A DNA stretch of 64,000 bases. It comes from Felis catus. Lineage: Eukaryota. Location: assembly GCF_018350175.1 (NCBI RefSeq), contig NC_058368.1:46564001-46628000 (forward strand). Reading direction: 5' to 3'. Shown in pieces: positions 50,509 to 63,661 of the stretch; position 1 is the stretch's first letter, and each line of letters starts with the position of its first letter. Both the position numbers and the translations under genes were made by a program. The notes below the pieces were generated by a model. The model was not told where the DNA came from. It was given only the letters and a program-made list of their open reading frames with translations, and did not search any database.

Positions 50509-52813
50509 AAAGCATAAGTGAAAGAAAATATTTTTCAGTCTTTACATGCAAATTAATGAAATTCCATTTAGGAAATTCTTTTTGAAAGATGTAATAGAAG
50601 AATTTTCGGCCTAACTTAAAAACAATTAAATTGGCATAAGTTTATCTAATCTCAAATAATTTGATTTTACAGATAAGAGAGCTGCTGCAACTAAGTATGT
50701 ACTAGCTGTAAAAACTCCACCGTATAAATTCATATAGAATTCAGTTCACTTGCCATATCTATTTCCTCCTAAAAACTAAGCTTTGACTTCTTTAAATTCT
50801 AAACAAGTAATTGCAGACTGCTCATCCATTATATCCAAGCACTCTCTCCCTGTACAGGATCCACCATGGTAATAGTTCTTTCATCAAAGCCTAATGGTTT
50901 GTTTCAAATAATCAAAGTAGTGTTTATATCACTGTCCTCAGGTGCAACCATTTTGTTTCCCGGAGAGCAGTATGGTACATGCTAATGTCACAAGTGATAA
51001 ATCAAAGTAAGTACATTTGTTTTCCTACCTTAACCAGTCTATTCAGTGCCACTAACAGAAATACATGTTGGCATCTGCACTTATGTACTTTCTATTTGAG
51101 AGCGTCTAGTAATAAAGATTACCAAGAAAAAATACATATGTAAAACAGATGGCTATATGCTAGTCTTCGTTGTGTGAGAAATTTCAGTGTTAGATGGCAG
51201 TTGTTGAGAATTAAATTGTAAGCTTTACCCAGGGAGGGGGCAGAAATAATGGAGGATCTCTGCTCTAAATGATAGCTATGACTTCTAAACTTAGAGGGAA
51301 TCAAAACGGCTTGCTCACCTAAAATCACCATATATTTTAAGTGGATATATTTATTTACATTTTCAGTACATAAATGCAGAAAAGAAACAATAAGGCTCAT
51401 TTACAACACTCACAGATTCAGAAGAGGTCTGAGAAATCAAGATAAATTATATCTTAATTAGGTATTCTATATTTCTATATATTTCTATATTCCAAAATTC
51501 CTAAGGCAGTCAGTGGAAGACAGAGTAAATTTAGAATAAGTTAGAATGAAGAACTTGGTTATTATTGTCCTGGTCATTTTCAGCTTGAATTTGCAATGAC
51601 ATTCAGAACTTTTGTTATTTAGGCCAACAGAGACTGGGAAAGTCACAAACGTAGTGTTTTCTGTATGAAAGAGGAATGGAACCTGCCTGGATATTGATCA
51701 TTTCCAGTTTCCAGTTCATGTAGTAGCATTTTCAGCAGCACTGGAAAAACGAAGGCAAAGAGACACAGCTGAAATCTGCCTACTCACCTACTTAAGCATA
51801 TATAAATGAGGAAGAAACAAAGGGAAATTGACAACTGGAAAATAAACTGAGATGAATTAAAGACCCACTATGTTCAACGGACCAGTCTAATATCCTTCGA
51901 GAGTCAGTATTCCCTTTCACATTCATCTTTGCTCAAGAAAGTAAATGAGAGCAAAACCACAGGGTCTGTGACTCCTAAAGGGAAAAAGAAACAGACCACG
52001 GAAACAGCCTGCAAAGTCTATCATATGCCTAATAAAAAATGAAGAGCTGCAAACTCCATCTTATTTACCTTTGGGTTTTGGAACCATAACATAAAATATA
52101 TCCTTAGCAATAACACCTCACTCTGTTTTTCTCTACCCTAAGTGATGGCTTCTTCACAATCAAAATTCAGTCAATAGCCTAAGACTGATAGGACTTATCT
52201 CTAGATGTCAGCATGGTTCCAGAGGAACAAACTGACAAAGCAAAGGCGATAAGTTAGGGAATAAAATCCATTTAAATGGTAGGACGCCTGATTATGGTCC
52301 CAGAAATGTATATAGATCAAACAGTGCTGAAGAAGAAGCTTAAGTACAAATGATACAATGACTGAATAAAGTTAAAACCTTTTCACCACCACATGAAGTG
52401 CTGCTAGGGCAAATGAAGAGGCATGTATCATGTTCATCAAAGCCAGAGTTTCAAAATTTTGATCAGCATTTCCTCAGTAACCCTTAATGTAATTAGAGTC
52501 CTAAATATTTTAAAGATGGAATTGCTAGCTTTGTTTGTGTCAAAACAGGATATTTAAAATGTTTAGTACCTACTTAGTTTAGTTAAATAGCATATATAAA
52601 AATAAACAGAGCAACTGACAAATACAAGTTAATATTGTAAAAAATATAATAATGCAAGAACTAGAAAATCTTCTAGTAATTTATTCCAGGATTGATGTTT
52701 TTATCTCTTATAGACATTTTTATATAAATGCATGTTTTCTTTCATTAAACCATTCTCCCCCCCGGAACCAATTCTAACACAATTTGTTATATACACGGGT
52801 TTTTTTTTCCCCA

Positions 52814-52817
<4 letters not shown>

Positions 52818-52856
<39 letters not shown>
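52818..52856. repeat. (TA)n microsatellite
   Basis: Pure TA run. Confidence 0.95.
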
Positions 52857-52858
<2 letters not shown>

Positions 52859-55229
52859 ACCAGAGAGTGACTTTTCTGATTCTTTGAAAGACCCCCTTCA
52901 AATAAAAGGCTTAATAATCTATCACCAAATCATGATTAATTTTCTACCACCAAGCTACATACTGGGATTACTCCCAAATGTTCACTTTAATTTAAGTACT
53001 TTCTGATTCATGAACCAGAGGATAACATACAGCTATAAAAGGTAATCCAATCCTAACATGGCCTTAACCCCTATAATCTGCACTTCAATAGCAGGGAAAC
53101 TGTATAGTTTTGAAACTGTAATCAAGAAATTTTTTTTGCAAACACACACTGGAGCTGTCCTTTGCTCCCATCTCTTATTAGATTACAATAAAACGACCAT
53201 GCTCTCTTTATGGTGGGAACAGAGCGACCCTGGGGTGATTTATAATCTTGTGAAACCCTGTCCACACTGCTGACCAGACTTTTTTTGAGGTCACTATCTG
53301 TTTCTTCAACTGATGTCTTCCTGCTGTGACAACACTGCTGGAGAGCTGTCAGCACACAAGAATTTCTCAAGCTACGTATTGTCTTTGAACGCATTTCTTG
53401 TGTTATTTCTATTGAGAAGCATTTGCGTGCTCGGTGTTTAGACAGTAAAGAATCTTTCTGAGGTTTTCTCATTAGTCTAAATCCTGACAAAAAGAAGACA
53501 ACTAAATAGGAATAAATGAAGTGGATCTCTTATTGACAAAGAGAATATTTATTTCTTCCAAATGTATAACATCGCTATTGAAGACAAACAATAAGGCAAC
53601 AATTCGTTTTTTAAATGAGAGTATTGCTCTCCCGATTGTAAACGACTTTGACTCCAACATGTTAGATATTGTGAAAAGTAAGCATTAGCTGAAGTGCCTG
53701 GGGATTACATAAACAGAAAAAATACGTAAGCTTTGCTATTTTTCTTTAATGTGGGAAGTAGGGGCAAAAGTTAAACTGAGAAAATGTTTTAATCGCAACG
53801 TGTGATAAAATCAGTTGCAAGCTCCGCTCTTGTCAAAAAACTGCTGTAGATGAGCAAAGCCTATGCTCAGTTTGGCCAAATAGCCAATGAGCTTTAAAAA
53901 TCAAGTAGATACTAGCTAGATTTAAAACTCGCTAAATTGAATGCTATGATAGAAGAGGAACTTGTTCAAATGATAATCTGGGTCAATTTAGCTTCTCAAA
54001 ATAAGACACTTCCCACTAACTGAAATATAAAAAAATGTTACAGGAGGCCTGGCATCCAGCCTGGCAGGTTCAACTGAATCAGCTTCTTCTCCTGTTTTGT
54101 TTACTCTCGTTTTCATCGTGTTTGACGAAGTTAAATAGGAAAGTGGGAGAGCGAACATGGGATTGCTTTGTTTTCATACTTAAACATCTCATATTGATTA
54201 TAAAAAGAGAACAAACGTTTCTTAATTTTTCTTTTTCCTTCTTTTTCCCCAGGGATGACAATGAAGAAAAAAAAGATGAGTCCTTTTTTTTTTTTTTTTT
54301 TGAGAAAAATGAACCCCATAGAGCTTCAGAAAGTTGTCCTCCCTTTGGAATGTTCCTCCCTTAGATATATTTGAGGAGAAAGTTTTGAAGTCTAGAAGGA
54401 AAGAAAATATTTTGTAGGGAAGAGCTAAAACTGATATAAAAGAATCCCAGGGCCTGGATTCATTTGTACCCCTTGGGCCAGAAAGAAAGAGGAGAATCAG
54501 CCACGGAGCACCTACCGAAAGGGCCCTGAGTCCACTCACTTGAGAGTCCTGTGGTCTGCTCCCTGGGGAGGACTTTTTCTCAAACCTAGAGCTGTGTGAC
54601 TTTGAGAGGCACAGAAAGACCTTGCACTTGCACGCATTCTACTTTCTCTATGTTTAGGGGGCAAAAACCCAAGGTCTGCCTTCTAAATAGAAGAAAATTA
54701 ATGTAAGCTGATTTCAGTTGAAAGCGTCCGTAAACCTAATTTGCACCCACCATCACTTGCAGTGTAAGTGGGACAGTGGAATACAGCACTGTTGATAAAC
54801 TAAAACTATGAGATACAAAAATATCATGTCACACTATGATTTTTTTTTTACATTAGCCAAATTTCTAAGGGGGGTGATGGTGTTTGAATTCAACTGTATC
54901 TGAACTTGTATGAACATTGCAACCCAGAGCCCACAACAGCCCTGGGACTTGGCAATAGGGCTTGAGGGTATTATAAGCCTTTGAGCCTTTGAGATTTATG
55001 ACTATTTAGTCATCTAAACTTTTGTAACTTAGAGCAGTAGGAGACTCCATCTGAAAACCTTTGATAGCATCTTGTGATTTTAGCTAAATTAAAGCTTTCA
55101 GAAGCTAAAATAAGGACATATTTTAATAGTAATTATATTTGATACAACAAATTATGACCCCTATTCTTGTCAAAGAATTGCCACTGATAAGTAAAACTTA
55201 CGTTAATTACCCCAAATAACACATAATGG

Positions 55230-55427
55230 TTTTTAGAAGTTCATTTATTTATTTTGAGAGAGAAGGAGAGAGCAGGGGAGGGGCAGAAAGAGAGGGAGAG
55301 AGAATCCTGAGCAGGCTCCGCTGTCAGCACTGAGCCCTGTGCAAGACTCGATCTCACGATGTGAGATCATGACCTGAGCCGAAATCAAGAGTCTGGACGC
55401 TCAACCAACTGAGCCACCAGGCACTTC
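55230..55427 (-). mobile_element. Can-SINE
   Basis: Reverse body GAGATCATGACCTGAGCCGAAATCAAGAGTC...CTGAGCCACCAGGCAC; acacat flanks both sides. Confidence 0.95.
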
Positions 55428-57179
55428 ACACATGAAATGTTAAAATCAAGTAGATCCTAGCTAGAGTTAGAACTAACTGTACCTCTTCATTTTATTTCAT
55501 CATCATGAGCTATTTTGAAATGATGAGCAAATGTTTAACTTTATGAAAGTATGGAGACACTGGTAGTCATAACAAATAAGTTAAGTGTTCCTTTGTTTCG
55601 TGAAGTAATCCACCATTTACCTTCTCCAAGGACTCTTTTAAAAAAAATGGACAGAAAAAAATCAATTAAAATAGTGAAATGCCCCTTAGGATAAAGTTAG
55701 TTCAGCAGGCAGTGCACTTCTCAATAATCTCTTTATCTTGTGCTGAAGTAATACACATTTGTGCCATGTTTTTAAGTACTATATTTTTCATAATGAGGCT
55801 GTTTAAAACTGAGCACTGGAAAGAGAACGGGTGCTGATACAGCAAGTGTTATGATATAAAACTGGGGTTATGTGCGAAGCACACACCAGAAATGGAAAAC
55901 GTGATTAGAGGCAAAATGGATGATGCAAGGTTCTCATATAACAAGCCAGTGAAGTAAACCAGCCTGAAAGACCCTGAATATCCACCTAATCTCCACTATC
56001 TAGAGCTATTGTGCCCAAGAGCACCTCTAAAAATACTATAATGGGACATCATTTCTGGAATCGCTACCTATATAACAGAAAGTAGTCCCAAGAATGAAGT
56101 CAGAACTTGAAGAATTCAGCAAATAATTCCGCACACTTTTTTACATGTCTCTTACCTCACTACACCTCCTGCTAGCCTGCCTTTGACCCATCCTCTCCCT
56201 TTATAAAGGGTGTAGCCGTCTTAACAGTTCAATGACCCAGGATTCTTGGAAGCACTATTAAAACTGGTTTTGTTTTTCCCCCTTCAAAAGTAGTGACTAT
56301 CACAATACTGGGGATCATACTCATTTGAGATCACAGAAGTAATGCACACATACTTTTTTATCTGAGAATCAGAGAAGCGGCATCATTTTTGGAAGCTAAA
56401 TAGATACTGAATATTTGTCAACATTCTGCAAATCCCATGATTGTGTTTTTACCTCTGCTGCTTCTATTTCTCCCTTTGCCCACCTCTTCCTTCTCTCGGT
56501 GATTGTCCATGCTGGATGGAGGAATGTAATGTTGAGGATGTGCCCAGAATCTTGCTGGTCAGGCAAAGCACAAGGAGATAGAAAAGGCAGGCCCACCAAA
56601 ATTGTTCCTATTTTGCCCCAATTCCCTACCAAAAGTCACTATTCTTTTAACATAGAGGCTGCTGAGGACCATGGCAAACGCTTTGGGAATGCTGGCTCAT
56701 ACGGCCACCGTAAGGCCGAAACAGACCGAAGGCAGCTAGTTGACCACAGCACCTACCAGCCTATTTGAAAACAAAGTGGCCTGTACTTTTCGTGAATGAG
56801 TGGCCGAGAGCTTGCCAAGGCAAATAAAGACCTTTTTTTACTGAGATGTATAGAAATACAAGGAATGGAGCAAAAAACTTGAAGTAAACTAAAAAAAAAA
56901 AAAAAAGGTGTCTTAAGAAGTCTGAATTAGAATGAGGTTTTAATCAACTTTGTAACCACTGGCATTCGTGAGAAACTCTATAGCCCTTATTAAAATGAAA
57001 ATAAAAAACAAGGGTAAGAACTCTGCTCTCCTGGCCTGCCTCCAAGTAAGGTAATTTTGTTTTGTCTACTCAAATTATCCCTGAGGTAATAATTATCTCA
57101 TACTTTTTTTAAAACTGCTCATCCCGAAGCTACAGGCTAGAACCTCTACGTATTGGTGATCGAAGCTGCCCTGTGGCCC

Positions 57180-57307
57180 TAGGACTGTATGTCCTGCCTG
57201 CCCTGGATGGTCCTACTTCACCTGTTGTCCCAACACAATTATTAATACTGCCTCTGTTCATACTCAAGACTGTTCCAGTTTGGCTAATTAATTTCATGGT
57301 TGCCCCA
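57180..57307 (+). mobile_element. MER94-like hAT-Blackjack relic
   Basis: tatgtcctg...cctgttgtcccaacacaattattaatactgcctctgttcatactcaagactgttccagtttgg...atggttgccc. Confidence 0.75.
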
Positions 57308-57864
57308 CCTATGCCACCCTGGAAAGGATGGAAAGGATGATGAAAGTCGAATTCTAGCAAAGAAACTAACACAATAAAGAAGTGTACATTAAAGCATAAT
57401 GGGCTAGCTTTCTAATAGTCTACTAGAAATGTTCTACTATTAAAATCACTTAGACCTGGACATTCTTTATCGCATTTAGGATATTTATATCTCTTCCCAC
57501 AGAACTAAATGGGTAGTAATCACTGCAGTCTATTTACTAAAATGAGAAATTAAAACATTTCTATAAAACTCCAAATAAGGACAGAATCCTTGAAAACAAG
57601 AGTTTTTCTTGTGTATTCAGCCTAAGGTATTGGTAATGGTTGTACCTCGTCTTGGTCAGGTATTGCCTAATAATAAATATATCCAAAGTACTCCAAATCA
57701 TACATTTGCTTCCTTCTACCATATAGAAAAATAATGTACCATTATGGAAAATTCCTGATACCAGAGAATTTCTCCTCAGAAAGAAAGCTTCATTTGGTGG
57801 AACCATAGTTTGAAAAGCTATTTTTAAAAAACAAAGTTCAAATATTAACAAAATATTAATACTT

Positions 57865-57990
57865 GATACTTATTGAGTAAATAAGTCACTGTGCTAAGTG
57901 CTGAATGTGCCAGATTTTATTTTAATACAAGTAATATTATCCCACTTTTAGAGATGAATATACTCATAGACTTTAAAGAACTCCCGTAAG
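57865..57990 (-). mobile_element. MIR fragment interrupted by the next SINE
   Basis: acttattgagt...cactgtgctaagtgct...tattatcccacttttagagatga. Confidence 0.6.
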
Positions 57991-57994
57991 AGCA

Positions 57995-58195
57995 GGGGCA
58001 CCTGGGTGGCTCACTTGGTTAAGGGTCTGACTTTGGCTCAGGTCATTACCTCGTGGTTTGCCAGTTCAAGCCCTGCATTGGGCTCTCTGTTGTCAGCACA
58101 GCTTTGGCTCTTCCATCCCCCTCTCTGCCCCTTCCCACTGGCGCTCTCCCTCTCTCAAAAAAAAAAAAAAAAAATTAAGAAACGTTAAAAAAACT
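57995..58195 (+). mobile_element. Can-SINE
   Basis: Head, body and A tail. Confidence 0.95.
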
Positions 58196-58369
58196 AAGAA
58201 ACTGATTTTTATCTATAGTCTGGCATGCTCTTATACCTTGGAATTGCAGATAAATTTTTAAGCTTTCCCTACTTTTTATAATGAAAAGCCTATTGCACTA
58301 CCTCTGACCCACATTTCCCTCCTTTACAAGACTGGAAATCAAAGCCGGAGGAAATGCAAAGAGAAATAA

Positions 58370-58730
58370 ACTTTCTTAAAATGCCTTTCAGCTCTTCTCA
58401 TCCCCTTTAAGCCTTGACTCATGTCAGTTGTCCAATGAGGACTACTCTGACTACATTTAAAATTTCAGCTGTCCCACTATCCACACTCTAAACGTCCCTC
58501 ACCCTGACCTCCTTTTTATGGTATGTATTATTTTAAAACTATGTAATTTGCTTATTTATTATGCTTATTATTTATTGTCTATCTCTTCACCCCCGACCGT
58601 GACCACTAGAATATAAGCTCTGTGAAGGCAGGGATTTTTGTCTATTGTATTCACTGGTAGACTCAAAGCACCTAGAAGAATGCTGGTCCCATATTAAGTG
58701 CATAATAAATATGCGTTGAATAAATACATG
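58370..58730 (+). mobile_element. L2a-like 3' end
   Basis: cactagaatataagctctgtgaaggcagggatttttgtctattgtattcactg...gcacctagaagaatgctgg...aataaatatgcgttgaataaat. Confidence 0.85.
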
Positions 58731-59174
58731 AAAGATAATTTTTTTATCAATTCATGCACAAACACACATACACACACGTATTATTTATTGCTCTTAGTTT
58801 GAACAACAAAGGGAGACTAATAATAATGTGAAATAAGAAAAGATTAAGAATCAAGTGAATATGCACCATTGTCCAGTGGCAAACTTAAGGTAGTATTTCC
58901 TAAATATTTTCCTTCATTTGGAATTTATTTTAACTGAAATCTCTATGCATTGAATAACTTTACAAATAAGATAATATATAAAAACTTATTTCTTGAACAC
59001 TTTTTGGTAGACCTCCTATGAAACAGCTATTGGATTTCACCAGTTTCAGTAGTTAAGATATACTATATGCACATTCAGGGAAGGGATTATTTATTAATTC
59101 ATTCATTCATTTATTCATTTGTATAAAGTAGCAACTCTAAAATATGTGTTTTTTTAACATTCTGTTGGAAGTTA

Positions 59175-59380
59175 GGGGCACCTGGGTGGCTCATTCGGTT
59201 AGCCTTGGACTTCGCTCAGGTCATGATCTCAAAGTTTGTGAATTCGAGCCCCACATCGGGCTCTGTGCTGACAGCATAGAGCTTGCTTCGGATCCTCTGT
59301 CTCCCTCTCTCTCTACCCTTTCCCCGCTCATGCACACTTACTCTCTCCTCTCTCAAAAATAAATAGACATTAAAAAAAAA
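59175..59380 (+). mobile_element. Can-SINE (SINEC_Fc-like)
   Basis: TSD ttctgttg(g)aagtta on both sides. Confidence 0.96.
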
Positions 59381-59818
59381 TTCTGTTGAAGTTAAGTAGT
59401 GGGACGGAGTCAAACAGCTGGGCTGGAAATTTGGGTAATTACTACTCTCAGTTATCATTGCTCTCTCCCAAGTAGGTATAAAGTCAACATTGGTAAACCC
59501 AAACAACAACAAAAGTTAAGACTGCTTATATTCTTCCTCCAATCAAATCAATAGTGACCTTATTAGAGAAAAAGAATGGTGGCAGGCGAGACAGACACGC
59601 CAATATGAAAGGCCTATCAGAGAAGTGACTACCTACAAAAAGCTAGAGCTTAAACTTCAAAATCTTGAGAATATTGCATTGAATTATTAGTAAAAAAGAT
59701 GAAAAAATATAAACTCAAAAACTAAATACAAACTGGTAAACTCTTATTCTGAGTGGAATCATTTTTGTTAATAGGGAGTTGATAGATATTTTGAAGTTTG
59801 CAAATATAATTGCATAGT

Positions 59819-59828
59819 TGTGTGTGTG

Positions 59829-59884
<56 letters not shown>

Positions 59885-59895
59885 CATATATATAT
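59819..59895. repeat. (TG)/(CA)n/(TA)n compound microsatellite
   Basis: Direct reading. Confidence 0.95.
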
Positions 59896-60387
59896 GGTGG
59901 AGTATTGAAGGGTCACCTTATTTGAAGAATATTAGCAAAAAAAGTTCAGTGAGAACAATGAATTATTCCTTAATAGATGTCACAGTAGTTCTCTAGGTTG
60001 TTTTTTATTGTAATTATGTTCCCTTATTTAACAAAGACATTTTTTGTATATACAAAAAGTCACCAATTTAGTGAAGGAAAGAGTCTTTCTCTTAAGTAGA
60101 CTCTAAGAATTAGATTGGGTACCTAAGTTAGATAAATAGAATTATCAATAAAATGAGGATATAGGGAAACCAAATTCTGGTATCAACCCCTTGAAAGAAT
60201 CATGTCTCCCAAACCAAGGTGCATCACTGTTTATAAGCTATCTGGTATGAGAATGTTGAGTTAAAAAGTAATTTTGAAGCAATTTTAGTTTGTTTATGTT
60301 GAGATTGATTTACATTAGATCAATCTCTTACTTTTTAAGTGGTATCATGATATTCATTTGCTGTCCCTAATTGTTAGTGTTGATTTT

Positions 60388-60611
60388 TTTTAAATTTTTT
60401 TTTCTTAATGTTTGTATTTATTTTTGAGACAGAGAGAGACAGAGCATGAGCAGGGGAGGGGCAGAGAGAGAGGGAGACACAGAATCCGAAGCAGGCTCCA
60501 GGCTCTGAGCCATCAGCACAGAGCCCGATGCGGGGCTCGAATTCACAGACTGTGAGATCATGACCTGAGCCGAAGTCGGACGCTCAACCGACTGAGCCAC
60601 CCAGGAGCTCC
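60388..60611 (-). mobile_element. Can-SINE (SINEC_Fc)
   Basis: Near consensus; TSD agtgttgatttt at 60376-60387 and 60612-60623. Confidence 0.98.
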
Positions 60612-61259
60612 AGTGTTGATTTTAAAGTACAATCCTTAACACTTGCCTTACCTTCTAGCATTGGAATAAATCACCTTGGGTCAGCCCATAAACTCACTCT
60701 GCAAGCTGAATCTGCTGCTGCCTTCCGTGGAGTTTGTGGTCTGCAGCAGCAGCTTTCCTACAGAAAGGTCAGCAGAGAGTTTAAGGTGAACTCTGTTAAC
60801 AGAGCTTTCATTTTTAATCAATGGTATTTTTCAAATTCCGGTACAGAATGTTCTCCTCTTTTGACACTAGTTATTATCACAAGCTTAGAATCAAACACAA
60901 TAAAGGTATTTCTTAGAGTCCTAATCATGACTCAGCAGCATAGAAAGACCTGCTCTCTGCAAATCTCTATCTTTGACTTCCATTTAACTTTGAATAATTC
61001 ATAATGGAAAAATAATATTTGACCTCTGGAATTTGAGAATATTTTTTTCTTTTAAAAGTTGATAAGTGGTTTTGAAAAAGTTATTTGAAGCCAGGAGATA
61101 TAAAAGCAGTGTTTTTAATGTCATAGAAAAACTATTAAAATGTTGTCAATTCATAAAGGAATTACCAAATCTCTCGGAAAATCCCATTCATTATTTTATG
61201 GCTACAGTCCACACCTCCTAAATCTCATCTCAAAATTTCTTCCAAAGTTCACATCCAAA

Positions 61260-61880
61260 CTCGGGTTCCTTTCCTGATTTTGCCCTTGAATCCCAGATAC
61301 ATGCTTTTGACATCAGCTGGATAATACTAAGGAACTAGAACTCAAAGCCTTCAAAATGGAATTACTTACATTCACCAAAAACTTCTCTTCTTCATGGTCT
61401 TATGACTCACAATGCTGTTTGCTCATCAAATACTAGAGAGTTCATCTTAACTCACTTCTCTTTCCTCAAACATCTCATTAAGTATATGTTAATTTAATTT
61501 CTCTTTTATCTTTTTTCTTCCCTCAATTTTCACGACTGCTCCCTTAAGCTGAAGCCTCGGTTATTTCAAACTGGATTACTATAATAGTCTCTAGCTTAAC
61601 ATTTTCCAGTTCACCCTTCTAAGGGTCAGAGTGTTCTCTATCCAAAACACAACTCTAATCATATCATTTCTCCAATTAAGAATCTTTCAACAGAAATACA
61701 TCTTCCACTGATTTTTCATCATTACCATAATGTTCAAATTCCTTAGTCATCTCACATAAGAACCCTCCTGAGCTTGCCAGTGTCTATATTTGCAACCCAA
61801 TCTCCCACCCCTGGTTAACAAGTATATCCCGATCTCCAGCCAGGCCAATCTACAATCTTTGGAAATGATACTAGTGTCTT
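61260..61880 (+). mobile_element. Degraded L2 fragment
   Basis: aactggattactataatagtctct...ctaatcatatcatttctccaattaagaatctttcaa...ttcaaattccttag resemble the L2 body. Confidence 0.5.
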
Positions 61881-61899
61881 TTCAAAACATTGTCACTCT

Positions 61900-62092
61900 G
61901 AGGCGCCTGGCTAGCTCAGTGGGTTGAACATCCGACTCTTGATTTCGACTCAGGTCATGATCCCAGGGTCATGGAATCAAGCCCCACAGCAGACTACACA
62001 CTGAGCACGGAGCCATCTGAAGATTCTCTCTCTCTCTCTCTCCCTCTACCCCTCTCTCCTACTTAGGCTCTTTCTCTCTAAAATAAAAAATA
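61900..62092 (+). mobile_element. Can-SINE (older type), first of a nested pair
   Basis: GAGGCGCCTGGCTAGCTCAG...CTCTTGATTTCG; its A-rich tail resumes after the second SINE to about 62363; outer flanks tgtca(c/t)tct. Confidence 0.95.
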
Positions 62093-62310
62093 GGGGCACC
62101 TGGGTGGCTCAATCGGTTAAGTGGCCGACTTCGGCTCAGGTCATGATCTCACAGTTCGTGAGTTTGAGCCCCGCGTCGGGCTCTGTGCTGACAGCTCAGA
62201 GCCTGGAGCCTGTTTGGAATTCTGAGTCTCCCTCTCTCTGACCCTCCCCCGTTCATGCTCTGTCTCTCTCTGTCTCAAAAATAAATAAACGTTAAGAAAA
62301 ATTAAAAAAA
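62093..62310 (+). mobile_element. Young Can-SINE (SINEC_Fc) in the tail of the previous SINE
   Basis: Near consensus, CpG-rich. Confidence 0.97.
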
Positions 62311-63661
62311 ATAAAGCAAACTAAAATAAAATAATAAAATAACTGAATAAATAAATAAATAAATGTCATTCTAGGCATTTGCACATTTGTGTCTTATTTT
62401 GTTTTAATTTCAGAAGCCTTAATTAAATTCACTAATATACATGTATCCTTTGCTCATACTACAAAATTAGAATAAAGAAGAGTGAAAGATGCGAAATGAA
62501 CGAAAGGAACAGAAAGGGATAAAGTGAAAAAAGAGCAAGCCAATAAAATATGTAAAAAGAACACAGTAAAGTTCTAAAGGCCATACCAATATCTGAGCAG
62601 ATAAATTTGATTCTAATTTTCATCATGTTCATGTCTTTATGCTTGGATTTCGAGAGAGGTGTGATTTATAGACTTGAAGGAAGAGTTTATCACTTTTCTT
62701 TCTGTCTTAAAAAAGATAAAGAGCATGTGTAAAATTAAGGGAGGACACGCCAAAAAAATCTTAGCCTATATCTAGAGTATGAAGGCACAGTTGCTCTGTT
62801 GGCCCAAGGAAATATTTTACGGTGTGTTTTGAAAGCCTACAAGGGCAATATTCATAAGGAGAGCCTTCATTTTCCAGAGAGCCATGATGTTTTCTGAAAC
62901 CTAAAATGTGTGGATGTTATGAAGTCACAAGATTTTAACCAGAAAAAGTTTGTAAACGTTAAACCTTTTTGTTTACTTCTTTATTGTCTTCCAAATCTGC
63001 CTTGTACATACTTCTCTATTTTCCTCACAGGTTGCTAACAGCAGTAATGTAATATTTTAGTATTTATCTGTATGGTGCGGCAACTCAAAATAGAACATTA
63101 AAAACATAATTCTATCTGTTTTCTAACGAGGAAGCAATTTCTTCTTGAATTTTATCTCTAGAAACACCCAAAAGTTTAAGTCGTTGGTCAGTGACAGGAT
63201 ATGCCCATTTTTCTCAATCCACTGGAAGGATACTTGAATGGAAGTATTTGTCACCATGAATAAGCCGTGAGATGTTGGTGAACGTTAAATTTAGTTACAG
63301 CTGCCAGCCTGGAGTCTGCTCTGGACGGTGGTTGTCGCACGTAAGCAAACACATCTGTTTGTGACATTGGAGACAACCAAGTATTATTAGTGAGCGGGAC
63401 TGGACTCTCTAGTAATGGGAAAACCTTTCTATTGTTTTCTAAGGTCACTGTACAACTGCCACCAGGAAGCTGGACACCATGGTCTTTCTACTGACTAACT
63501 AACTGTAAGTGCTAATTCTTGACTTCTCTTTCCCAAGTACGACTCGGAATACAGGGGAAAAGGAAAATGGTACAGGACAGTTAATGAATTCCTACTAAAC
63601 CTCTATGCAGTTTATGAATTCTAGGACATTTAACTTTCATTTTCAGTCTCCTTTCCTTAAA

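Noticed and set aside
56396..56768. 117-aa plus-strand ORF or 310-nt minus-strand exon
   Set aside because: No recognisable product, non-ATG start and weak donor (GAG|gtaaaa).
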